Origin: Phoronis australis
Taxonomy: Eukaryota > Animalia > Phoronida
Assembly (NCBI GenBank): GCA_002633005.1
Contig: NMRA01000440.1
Span: 275,891 to 331,665, forward strand
DNA length: 55,775 bases
Direction: 5' to 3'
Position numbers and translations under genes: made by a program. Positions 14,059 to 26,200 of this stretch are shown piece after piece. Each line of letters starts with the position of its first letter. The stretch's first letter is position 1. The notes under the pieces were generated by a model that made no database searches, was not told the origin of the DNA, and saw only the letters and a program-made list of their open reading frames with translations.

Positions 14059-14283
14059 GGGCGTCCAGATGATGCCTTGGGCGTCCAGATGGTGCCTTGG
14101 GCGTCCAGATGATGCCTTGGGCGTCCAGATGGTGCATTGGGCGTCCAGATGGTGCCTTGGGCGTCCAGATGATGCCTTGGGCGTCCAGATGGTGCCTTGG
14201 GTGTCCAGATGGTGCCTTGGGCGTCCAGATGGTGCATTGGCCGTCCAGATGATACATTGGGTGTTCTTGCCATGGCGTCCAGA
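14059..14283. repeat. Minisatellite, 20 bp x~10
   Basis: Unit ggcgtccagatg(a/g)tgccttg. Confidence 0.93.
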
Positions 14284-15358
14284 TTAGTGGACATCTGCTG
14301 CATGAAGGCCTGTTGGCATCTATTAATGAGGTGACGCCATCTTTCCGTTTTCGGGTGGATTCGAGGTATTTTGCGCTACCTAGTACCTAGTAGCCATTTT
14401 TACTGTTTCCGAGTCTCTTTGTTGCGTCTGCCCCTCTATTAACCAAATCACTCTAAGGATGATTGTGAAACTTGGCACGTATGTTCTTACTACTAAGAGG
14501 ACAGTTGGCGATGATTTTGTTTTTTGCGCTCATGGCTGTATCTCCTAACACTCTGTTAAATCTTTACTAAATTTGGCGAGTATATTTATATGAAGTTGAC
14601 AACAGACGACGACAACGACTTTCGGACGGATCTGGCTACCGGTGTGCCCCCTAGTCTTTTACGTTTACCTCTGTATCTTCAAAGGTCCTCAACGGATTTT
14701 CATAAAATTTGGAATATGGGCATCTATTGGTGAGGTGATGCTATCCTCCCGTTTTCAGGTGGATTCAAGATATTTTGCACCACCTAGTGGCCATTTTTGC
14801 TGTTTTCGAGTGTGTTTTTTGGCGTCCAATCCATTCAAAGGATGATTGTAAAAATTGACATAATCATATGTTCTTAGTGTGAAGAGGACGGTTCATGGTA
14901 ACGACGTTGACTACTGTGGCGCCTTCTAGTGGCAATTTTTTTGCACCTATAGCTGTATTTCCTAAACCCACTGCAGGATCTTTATTAAATTTAGCAATTG
15001 TATTCATATGAAGTTGACAATGGATGGCGACGACTTTCAGACGGATCCGAAGAACTCTGTGCCCCATAGTGGCAATTTCATTTTTCCAGTTTCCTCTGTT
15101 TGTTACGCACCACAGTGCAATAGAAACGATGAGTATTCAAACAAGTAACGAGCTAACAAAGTATAATCTAAACAAAAAAAACAACGTTACAAGCCTGTAG
15201 GTGAGGAATTGAGTGAGTTCAGAGTCCTGACGATAACAACATCGCTGACGAGAGCTGGCAGGCGGGGCCTGAGCTTTATTGATAATCACATACAGAGCAG
15301 TCCACTGAGTTCAGAAACCTCCATAGCATTGTTGATGAAAGCTGGTGGGTGAAAGCTG

Positions 15359-16095
15359 CATGGAGAGTTGGAGGTTAAGCAGTCTGCTGTCCAAACCACC
15401 TCCTCAGGTTGTTGTCTCATACACATGGAGAGTTGCATGTTAAGCAGTCCGCTGTCCAAACCACCTCCTCAGGTTGTTGTCTCGTACACATGGAGAGTTG
15501 GAGGTTAAGCAGTCTGCTGTCCAAACCACCTCCTCTGGTTCACAGTGTTCTCCACATTATAAACTCCAAACTCGACGCAAATGTTGAATGTCAGTTATTG
15601 ACATTGTCTTGTGTCTTATCGTAAGGATGGTCATGCTGGAGGTATTTATATATGGTTTAAAACTGCACACTGCACTGGTGTGACCTACTTTTTAGACACT
15701 TCAAAGTTTAGCTTTCCTACCAATGCNNNNNNNNNNNNNNNNNNNNNNNNNNNNNNNNNNNNNNNNNNNNNNNNNNNNNNNNNNNNNNNNNNNNNNNNNN
15801 NNNNNNNNNNNNNNNNNNNNNNNNNNNNNNNNNNNNNNNNNNNNNNNNNNNNNNNNNNNNNNNNNNNNNNNNNNNNNNGGTTGTTGTCTCATACACATGG
15901 AGAGTTGCAGGTTAAGCAGTCCGCTGTCCAAACCACCTCCTCAGGTTGTTGTCTCATACACATGGAGAGTTGCAGGTTAAGCAGTCCGCTGTCCAAACCA
16001 ACTCCTCAGGTTGTTGTCTCATACACATGGAGAGTTGCAGGTTAAGCAGTCCGCTGTCCAAACCACCTCCTCGGGTTGTTGCCTCATACACATGG
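15359..16095. repeat. Minisatellite, ~63-65 bp, two blocks (15359-15537, 15879-16095) around a gap
   Basis: Unit catggagagttgcaggttaagcagtccgctgtccaaaccacctcctcaggttgttgtctcataca. Confidence 0.9.
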
Positions 16096-17108
16096 CTCAC
16101 ACCAGTTATATACCCAATTTACAGCTCCACCTATTGATGGCAGTTGAACTAAAGAATACATAACATGTTTCTCTGAAGTTCCTTGGCGGATTTTTATGAA
16201 ATTTAATAAATTGCTTTCTATTAAAAAACTAAGGCATGTTCCCGTTTTCGGATGGATTCAACATATTTTGTGCCATCTAGTGGCCATTCTTATCATACAA
16301 ATAAACATACTTAGAAGTAAAACGTTTGTGATGCATTCGTGAGCGCATTTCAACACGCGGCGTTGCTCTTGTGTAAAAGTTGTGTTATGTTGCTACTACA
16401 TATGATCTGCTTGTTGTTGAAATAGGGTGAGCATGATAATGTGCCTGTGTGTTTGTATGAAGTGTGATGGAGGTCAGGTTGTTGTTATGCTAGTCTAGTA
16501 ACACAAACAGACCAGGAAGTAACTACTTACCACTGATCGTGACTTGATAATCAAACTTAGGTTTGTTTTTAGGTTCTCTATAGTTTAGTAATTCATTGTT
16601 CATCCAGTTGTTGCTGTATTATAGTTTGGATTCTCACTTTAAATCAACAGTTCATGTTTGTAAGTTCTGGTTTGTGGAGCTGAATTGAGTTGGTGCAAAG
16701 GCAGTCATCTTTTGGTTCCGCATTGGTTCTTTTGAAAATTTTTTTACCGTGTTTGCCTTTTCTGTTTTCAAGTCAATAGAGAACGCAAAAAGTATTTTAC
16801 CATTGCAGTGAGTTTCGACTGATCTTTTATGTACACATCCCAGCCAATGGGATGTGACACTGAAGGCCGGCCATCCATTTAAACTTTTGTGGTTCTTGTC
16901 TCAGCTTGAGGCTTTTTTGAGATACAGTCAACAAACAAAGCATTGCTTGTAAATGCATGTGATTAATGGCTAGATATTCATTTGCTAGTTCTTAAAAATT
17001 AAGCTGAAAATGAAATTCTTTGATCTTGGGCAATAGGTACTGTTTTGTCTGAAATGACATCTTCCACACTCATGGCATATATGTCTTTTATCAGGAAGGG
17101 AATGAGAG

Positions 17109-17298
17109 ATGCCCCCTCCTCCTCCTCCACCCCCTGGGCCGCCGCCCCCGCCCACATTGCACCTGGCCAACACCACGCCTCCTTCCCTGTCTAAGGGTGA
17201 ACAGCAGGGCCGGTCAGCACTCCTCGGTGCCATTCAGAAGGGAGCCAAGTTGAAGAAAGTACAAACAAATGACAGGAGCGCTCCTGTTACTGGTAAAA
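17109..17298 (+). CDS. WIPF1: WIP first coding exon (polyproline + WH2 actin-binding domain)
   Basis: Acceptor ttttatcag ends 17094, ATG at 17109, MPPPPPPPPGPPPPP...KLKKVQTNDRSAP, donor A|GTGAGT at 17299. Confidence 0.92.
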
Positions 17299-20200
17299 GT
17301 GAGTATAAGTATTGGCTGTCTTACATGACACCCATGGCCTGGTGAAGACTGGTGCAGCACAAGAGCTGTCACACCCACCTACATGGGTTTGAGTGTATTG
17401 GATAAATGATTTTTATTGCGCATTCATGATTTGATTGGCTGTTTATACACTTGCGGTACAATTTCCTTTTCAGAATATACATCTCAAATATGACTTTGGT
17501 TTCAGACTGCAGAGTTGCAAGTATCTGCGAAGTCATTTCTTGGAGGTCATGTAGGACTTGTTATTATGATGTAGGAATATTATTGTAACTACTGTTATGT
17601 CATGTTTTGTATCAGGGTTTGACATTAGAGCTTAAGAAACATGGCCTGTTATATGTGCACTGAGTAGTCATGTTCACAAGCTATTTATACTATCTGTGTG
17701 TCTGCTACTATCTAAAACACTATAGTCTTGGGAAAGACTTAAAGGTTGAGCCATGTAAGTATATCAATATAGGTTGAGCCATGTAAGTATATCAATATAG
17801 GTTGAGCCATGTAAGTATATCAATATAGGTTGAGCCATGTAAGTATATCAATATAGGTTGAGCCATGTAAGTATATCAATTCCGTATTTACAAAGGTGTG
17901 TAATTAAGAAATTCATTTTGCTGAGTGGCAATTTTCATGTTTGAGTATAGAAAAGTGTTACTTTAACCACGTTTTATTCGTTTTGGTTTTGTTAATGAAA
18001 AAGTAGCTGGGATGTCAATCATTATTTTTCAGTTTCTGTTCAGGGGTCTGTATCATGAAGTGACTAAGACTTTGACTGAAAGTTAGTCTTGCCACATTAC
18101 CATAGAAACGGGTTTTATAGCCTCCTTACCTGCAAATAATTTGGACAAAATTTCTCAGTAAGTAGCTGTTAACTGAGTATATTCTCTTATTCTTTGTTCT
18201 TTTGCTGAGGTGAGTTTTATGTTATTTTTCGGAAATATTGAGGTGGAATTGAAAGACCAAATTTGCATCTTAAGGTCATCTCAAACCTTATTTAGTGGCC
18301 TCCATTCTAACTCATATCAAAAAACTAAAGCTCTGTCAACTAGTAAAAGTATATATTTTCTGAAAGAACAAAGATCAGGAAATGTAATATGTTTTGTATT
18401 TATATACCATTGTTATCATTACATTAACACCTTTTTTAAGTCACAATTTCATAGCGAAATAGCCCATCAGTCGATTTTAATGAAACCTTTTTAATTGTAA
18501 ACTGGCAAATCAACTCGCAAAACGTAAGGTATTTGTTGTATAAAATAGGAGTCGCATTCGTCTTTGTTTCATTCCGCAAAAACTAGGCCTTTATATCGGA
18601 AATCCTAACAGCGATTTTGAGATTGATGAATAAATATTGAGTTTGGAAAGTTTCTGCGAAATCCCAAGCTGTTTTCGAGAACTCTTATTCCTAAGTTCAA
18701 ATAAAGTCAATTTGCCGAAGCTGAGAAAAACCTGATTAAGCTAGGACGAGTGAAAATCTAAAAGTCTTTGTGTAGAAAATGATCTGCCTGAAATCACCCA
18801 ACCCTGTCCAGTACGTGGTGTAGGGGAATAACACTGCATGATGCTGTTTATGCGAGCATCCAAGGTACGTCATTAGTGCAGAAGTCACCAATTAGCAGAT
18901 TTTCTTGTTTTCACATTTACAAGTTGTCGGTGAATACAACTGCAGTTTGTTTAGTGTTGATGATGTTCAAAGAGAATTGTTGTTTAGTTTCCACTACACA
19001 TTTGCATAGTTATGAGTATACAGGTGCATATTTAAAGTTCATAGTTATGAGTATGCAAATGCATATTTAAAGTTCATAGTTGTGAGTATGCAAATGCATA
19101 TTAAAAGTTCTTAGTTCTATCAGTTTCATTATCAGCTTGTCTCTGTATTTTTAGCTCGGTGGTGCAGTGTCAGTGAGTGTGCAGGAGGAAATGCCATCAT
19201 ATTTGTGTTATCAGAGATGTGCCAGATAGCACATAATCCATGGCATGATCTGTCACATGATCACTGTTAATGTTTCACTTCTGTATTACAATGGCCTGGC
19301 AGTGTTGGACTCGTTGAAGCCTATGAGAAGCGCGTGACTACCTGGCATTACTCTCATTCATGTACAGTAAACATTTGATAAAAAAACAAACAATGTTTGG
19401 CTAATGCCCATGCTTTAGTAAGTTGCCATATGTGGAACAGTTTTGGATTAAGTGTTCATTGATAAATTATGCGGCCACCCTCTACCTTTGAGAATTTTCG
19501 GTTTTGAAGGTCATAGTTGGTGAGGTCGACTGTTTGACTCCAGTTAAACAATTTTGTGCAAGTAAGTGCAAATCCCTTAATCTGTGGACTTACGACTTAA
19601 GTGGTCGCTCCTCGATTTCCAAGCGAGCCAGTTCATGCATCCAGGGCATTAACTTAAATGTTTACGGTACTTGCTTGTGTAATGGTGACAGTACGTGGCT
19701 TCAGGTCAACAGTAAAGTTTCTTCAAATTACAATACAATATGGCTGAACGGTGATTTTATTTTATCAACATTTCAACAATAGTAAACATTATTTGAATAT
19801 TTTTTGTAGTACAGCTGGCATCAACCAACCTAATTTTGTATATTTTGACTATATAATGGGTGTTTCAAAAATGAAAAGATGAAAATCTTGACCATTAATT
19901 CTGTTCAAATTTGAGGAAACTTTATTCTGTTTTACCAAATTCTGTATGTGTGGTAAAAGTGCAAGTTATTGATTGGAAATTGGTGCAAGACTCTTGAGTT
20001 TGTTAAAAATGTATTTCAATTTCAGCCAAGCCTGGTTCTGGAAAGTTTGCAACGGTCGCTGCTCATCCGACCTCCAGTCGGCCCTCGCACCCATGGGGTA
20101 TTTATTAGTTAGGGAAGGGTCTCTCTGCACTGCCTAGACTGACTTAAATTCTCCTGTCGTCCTGTATTATCTGTTTGAGCATTATTTTTTGCAGCAATGC

Positions 20201-23200
20201 CTTATTCAAAAGGCACTGAAAATCAATTCAATAATCTAGCTGATTTAAAATGAATGTGAATTTTAAATTCCTAATCGGGCCATGAAACATCCTCTGCCTG
20301 CCAGAGCCACCTTATGACAGTAGAATATAACAAATAGGGGAGTGCAGTATTTCTACAGTGTTTGGGTGGCAACTGCTTGTCGTTTACTGCTATTTCTGCC
20401 TTAATTCACATCAATATAAAGTACAACTCTCATAATGTAAGCTGCATAGTGAAACTCACATAAGGCACACAGACTCACTTAGGAACTTCGGTGGCTCAGT
20501 TAAGGTTTTGCAGTCCAGTTTTTCTACATACTAAATCATTCAGATATATTAGATTGACCCTTGCTCCACTGAACTCTCAGTTTGGTTAGGTGTGGCCATT
20601 ATTTGAGTTTTACTATGTATAATGCTACTATTTTCATTTCTTTACTGCCACTTAGTTACTTTCGCCAAGACTGGAACATGTGTTTTGCCTTTGTGGATGG
20701 GTCTACTGTCTCTCTCTGCATTGGCGATTGTGGGACGGTTGAGCTAAACTGTGTATGGCTCTGCTGGGGGGGCGTTTGACCTTAAGTGTGTATGGGTCTG
20801 TTGTCTGTCCTCGCATTGGTGATTGGGGGACGATTGACCTAAACTGTTACCAGCGATTTTGATAAAATTTTCAGAATTTGGAAATAGTGTGTGGGGACCG
20901 CTCGATTTTTGTATGAAAAACAAATTACAATGGAAGACTTATAGCTGGAAGTAAAAGGCATACAAGCACATGTGCCATTATTGCAGGTTTTAACTTTTGT
21001 AACCAACATAGATTATTGGTATTGTACTACTTTGATACTTTTCCCTGTCACTGGTGAACACAATTCGACCTAACTGTTTTCACACTTGCGTTTGCAGCAC
21101 ACGTTATTAAACAATTGTCAACATTCAGCCTTCCTGTCGATACACTACAATAAATAACAACTTAGGACTAGGCTCTAATTGTTTTACTCAATCTAGACTT
21201 AGATTCGAACTCAAAACTAAGCCAATAACACCACATAATTCGAGTTCAAATTTGTAAGTTGTCTCGAAGCGCGCCATGCAGTTGGTCAGTTTTCAACAAG
21301 TTTCGATTGCAGCTGTTAGATCCTGGCTCTGCTTATTAAAACTTAATGTAAAGTTGACATAACTATTGCCAAATGGTCGCACACAGTTTGTGTAAGTGAA
21401 TGTGTAATGGAATCATTTACTACTGTAATTGGTCTTGACAATTTGATGGTTTATTAAAATGATCCAACTTGTATGGAATTAGTCCACACTTGTGAAACAG
21501 TGATTTGCAGACTTTGTGTGACCCTGTCATCAAGTCACAAGTTCTTGTAAAGATTGTTCCATACTACTAACACATCTGAGATGTAGGCCAGTCTACAATT
21601 TCCAGAGGACAAGTGTGGAATGACCCTGACAACTCTGAGTTGCTGTTGTTTTGACAAGCACTCCTCACCACTTGTATGGAGACTGTTCTCCCAAGTTGTT
21701 AGTTCTAACAAAGTATATTCGAAGCTGTCATGTGGTGTCTGAGTTAAGACCCTGTCTTGAATACGGCAACTCCACTATTTGAATTGTAGCTCAGAAGCGA
21801 CCCACGAAAAGAAAGGCGCCAGTGAAACCTCCCCGGGGTATAGTCAACATGTGGTATTATGTTCGCCTTCAATTGCTTTTTATGTTGTCCGACCTGAGAC
21901 ACTTAAGTTACTCGCAGACTCGTATTTTTTATTTGCCCGGTACACCACACATGCTCGTTGATTGAGTCCATTGTTGTATGTCCTCAGTGTCGAGATGTTG
22001 TAGATCCAGATTTCTGCGACTTAACCTTTTTGGCTTATGTGAACGTTGTATTAACAAGACACTTGCCCTCACACTACCTAAAACACACATTGATGTACAA
22101 ATCATCAAAACTGTTTCCAACCTTTCTTTGCTGTGGCAGGAAATGATTTCCGTTCTCAAGACCATTCAGACTATCAGCAAGTGTCGAAAGCCATCATGGT
22201 TGGTTAACCCTTCATATAGGTCGCATATGATACGATATCTTGCCATATTTTTCTTGATAGAAACCAATTGCTGTGACTGTGAAGAAAATTTTGAACTAAG
22301 TAATCCTCATGCTTGAGGAGTTCCATGTTGAGTGATGAGGAAATGTCTTTCAAATAACCACTATTTAATGGATTAATTTAGTTTTATATTTGGCACAAGT
22401 CATTTCCTTTGTGAACATTTGTAGTTCTTTTGTCTCTGGCCGCAATATGAATTACAATCAGGGTCTTGCCAGGGATGAAGCTGACCGAAACACTCTCCAC
22501 CTAAGTTCTGAAGGCAATCTACTGTGTTCTTGGTTAAACATTTATGTGAATAAATAGATGATAGTTGACAATAATTTTTGTTGAAAAGGACAAGATTCAC
22601 ACTAGTGGTCACTGGACTAAATATGCGATTGTGATGACATTTTACAATCCCACACTTTATGTGAAATCAAACATTCTGCATTGGCAGAAAAACTTGAGCC
22701 TTTGGGGTATAATATATTACAGCTGGGTGGGCCACACCACTCATAAATCCTGGGGAGCGTACTGTGAATGAATAGTGTTGTTTATCCTGTAACTGTTGAA
22801 CTGTTCTGTAGACACAAGTGTATAAAACACATTTAGATTTTGTTCTTTGTACATCCTGCTTAGTGTTGCCTCTGTAATAGGTGCACTGCTGCCTAGTGTT
22901 TTCTGTTTCTACTTCTGATTTCAGTCGCTTGTTTATACATTTATTTTGGTGTAGGCTTGGTTTGGTGTTTTGGTAATGCTGTACTTGCTTTTAACTTATA
23001 GCTTGCATGGTGGATATTGTAGTGAAGATGTTATGTGCAATGGATGTATTTGAGTGTCCTTTAAATATGGTAACACACTTATCCTGCTTGTATCTGAGGT
23101 TACATGAAGTTATTCATCTTGTGTTGTGAAAAACAGAAAACTAACTCCTCTTTGTGATCTGAATTTGCTGGAAAACAGCAAATGTCTTGTTGTATGGACA

Positions 23201-26200
23201 GTTGTGTTTATACATTAGAGTGGTCACTAAACACTTGGGTAAAATGTTGCAGGGATGTATCAAGCTTCTGAAAAAAATTAGAAAAATTGTCAATTTTAGA
23301 AATTACAAATAATTCTCATTATGTTCTATGTTTTGACATGTTTATTACATATTCAACTAATTTATGATTTCAGGTAAACCTTCGCCATCATCTTCAGGTG
23401 CTAGAGATGACTCGTCCATTGGTGCCAATAGTGGTGGTGGCATGGGTGGTGGTGCTCCAGCAGGGCCTATGGGTCTTGGGGGCCTGTTTGCTGGCGGTAT
23501 GCCCAAGTTGAGGCCCACGGGCAACCGACCGAGTGGCGGTTCTGGTAAGGTGGTGTTACTGTGAAAATTGGCATTATCATTACGTGTTCGTGTTTAGAAT
23601 TCAAAATATTCAACTGAGTTGAAAACTTGTATGGTCTGTGAGTGTTAGATGATTGTCACAGTACATGATGTTCAGTATAGAGCGCTAATGGCTACTGTTA
23701 GGAATCCTCGTTTCTATTAATTAATTTTCCAATCCAAAAAGGAAATGCAGCATTATGTGTTTCAATTAACTTTTACTGCTTTCTCTATTTGCCTTCTTCA
23801 ATGGATTTAGTGGTTGTATTGGTAATGCATACTGTCAGATTATTTTGTATGTCCTAGAAGACTTGAAAGAAGCGAGTTATTTAATACTTGCTTCTTGTGA
23901 CTTGTGGACTGATGTGTATGTTGAATGTGTGAAGCACGCTTCGTGAGATTAGCACATGCTAACCCAGTAATGACTTCACTGTATTCATCACAGATCTGCT
24001 TGTGTCATTCACTGCCTTTTTACTCTATTCCAGCTCCTGGAGGTCCAGCCTTGAAGCCACCTGGTGGCCTATTCAACAAACCAAGTTCACAGAACGGTCC
24101 CATGACCAGTCACAGTAACAGTAACTCACACACTTCTCCACGCTCCCACTTTGGTGGTCCTCCGCCGCAACCAAACACAAATACAAAGCCCCGGTTTGGC
24201 GGCCCTCCACTCCCTCCCTCCCAGAGCTCGAAACCTGGTGGTCCTCCACCTCCTCCCTCCCAGAACTCCAAGCCTGGTGGCCCTCCACCCCCTCCGTCAC
24301 AGAGCTCCAAGCCTGGTGGCCCTCCACCCCCTCCGTCACAGAGTTCAAAACCCAGCGGNNNNNNNNNNNNNNNNNNNNNNNNNNNNNNNNNNNNNNNNNN
24401 NNNNNNNNNNNNNNNNNNNNNNNNNNNNNNNNNNNCCCCCGCCACCACCTAATCGCAACATGCCTCCCCCTCCCCCATCCCCGTCTAACAAACCAATGGC
24501 CAACGGCATGGCTCCACGTTTGCCTAGCAAGCCCCCAAGTATAAAGCAGTCCAGTCGACCAGACTCATCCAGCCCTGGTAGACCACTGCCACCTCCCCCT
24601 GCCAATCAAGTCAGGGCTGCTCCACCTCCACCGCCTGCAAGGGCTCAACCTCCACCTCCCCCCAGCAGAGACACTAGTACCCTGCCCACTCCGCCTGGCA
24701 AGCGGCCACCTCCAGGATCCAGACCCCCTCCTCCTCCAGCCAGGGCGCCATCTGGCCAACCCTCTGCCAATCGAAGTGGGCCCCCTCCCCCACCACCTCC
24801 TAACAATCGAAATCAGCCCCCTCCCCCACCCCCTCCTAACAGGCATTCATCAGGAACACTTCCAAGGAATTCAGTGCGACAGAGTTTAAGTTTAGGTACG
24901 CTCTATGTCTCTGTAGCCATTTCTATCAGAATACAGTCTCATATCGTACCCTGTTTATCTAATTATCAGCGATATAATGCACAAACTTTCAACTCCCCAT
25001 TTGATCTAATGTTATCATGTTCACTCTGGTTAGAGTGGAGGCCCCTTGATATAGATTGTAATGAGGTTTGACTATTTCTCCTAGTGAAGTGAACATACCA
25101 AGTACTTTGTGCCAGACTCATTGCTTAGTTTGATTGTTCTCCATTTAGTATACATGTTTGAGCTGGACCACTCCAATTTATTGTGTTGCAGCCAAAATGT
25201 CTAGAATTTTACTACTGTGTTCACATTGGATGATGTATTGCTATCGTTATAACTACTTTGTTTATTTTCAGACTTTGAATCCAGATTTCAATTCCATGTC
25301 ATCGCTGATTTTCCACCGCCTGAAAGTTTTATAAAAAGTCCGAAAAAATACCCTAGTAAAAGTCCATCTAATGGTGAGTGCTTTGCAATTACTTGTCAAA
25401 ATCTTCTTTGTTAATTTTAAAATGTTGTCTTCACTAATGTTTGAATTGGGTGTGTGTTAAGAAAGAATCTGTTTTTGAAGTGCTTTAATTTGAATGTTAA
25501 GAAAGTTTGGAAATTGTTCCCATTGATGCCGATTTGATCAAAGAAGTTCAGGGATTACGCTGGAAGGTCAGATGTAGCATAGTTCCTAATGCATTTACTT
25601 GGTCAGCCAAAGCAAGCAGGCATTATCTCATGCCTAGTTTCTCTGGTTTCCGCATGAAGTTATTTTCAGTAGAAGAAAGCATTACTGCTATTGTCCATCA
25701 TCAAAGTCAGTTGTCAGTGTAACTAGTCTTAATGTTTGCTGCTTTACCTCACTAGTGAAAATTTCACTCTCATTTTAAAATGGTTTTTGGTGGACTATTT
25801 TTGAGTAAACTCTCAAATTGTCATTGATTTCTAAATTGATAGTTTCCTATTTTCACAACCAGAAAAGCATTAATACCTTGACAGTTTCGGCTCCTATCAG
25901 CAACCATCTTCCGAAGTTATTGGACACTAGGTGGCGTGGTGATGAGGCTGTTCCAAATTTTAAACAACTTATACCCTCCCTGTTCCAAACTAAGTCACTT
26001 TTTCTGAGCCAGATAGACTCTTTTATCCGTCTAGATCTTAAATTATTTTCCGACTCAACAGGACAAGCATCATCCCAGTTAATAACATGATTAAACCCAA
26101 GGGCATGATCAGTCACTGCAGATTTGTTAATAGTACTCTGAGACCATCTCCTCTTTGAACGTGTTACCCTACGCTGGGGTAGCTCATCCACCTCCTTTCT

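Larger units (their letters stand above)
13111..16372. mobile_element. Second, inverted and interrupted copy of the 52900-54518 family in WIP intron 1
   Basis: Starts ttttattatgcgcccacatatt and ends gcgttgctcttgt, both reverse complements of the 52.9-54.5 kb ends. Internal units at 14300-15090 and 16170-16290. Confidence 0.6.

Noticed and set aside
13979-14303. Overlapping ORFs on both strands
   Set aside because: Derived from a 20-bp minisatellite.
20489-20508. ggtggctcagttaaggtt resembling a tRNA A-box
   Set aside because: No B-box or cloverleaf follows, so no tRNA or SINE call is supportable.
22470-22497. gatgaagctgaccgaaac hammerhead-like string (and a similar one near 12462-12500)
   Set aside because: The core CUGA is missing and there are no supporting helices.
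24359-24435. Apparent frameshift in the WIP proline-rich exon
   Set aside because: The frame change coincides with an N gap of estimated length, so it is not evidence of a pseudogene.
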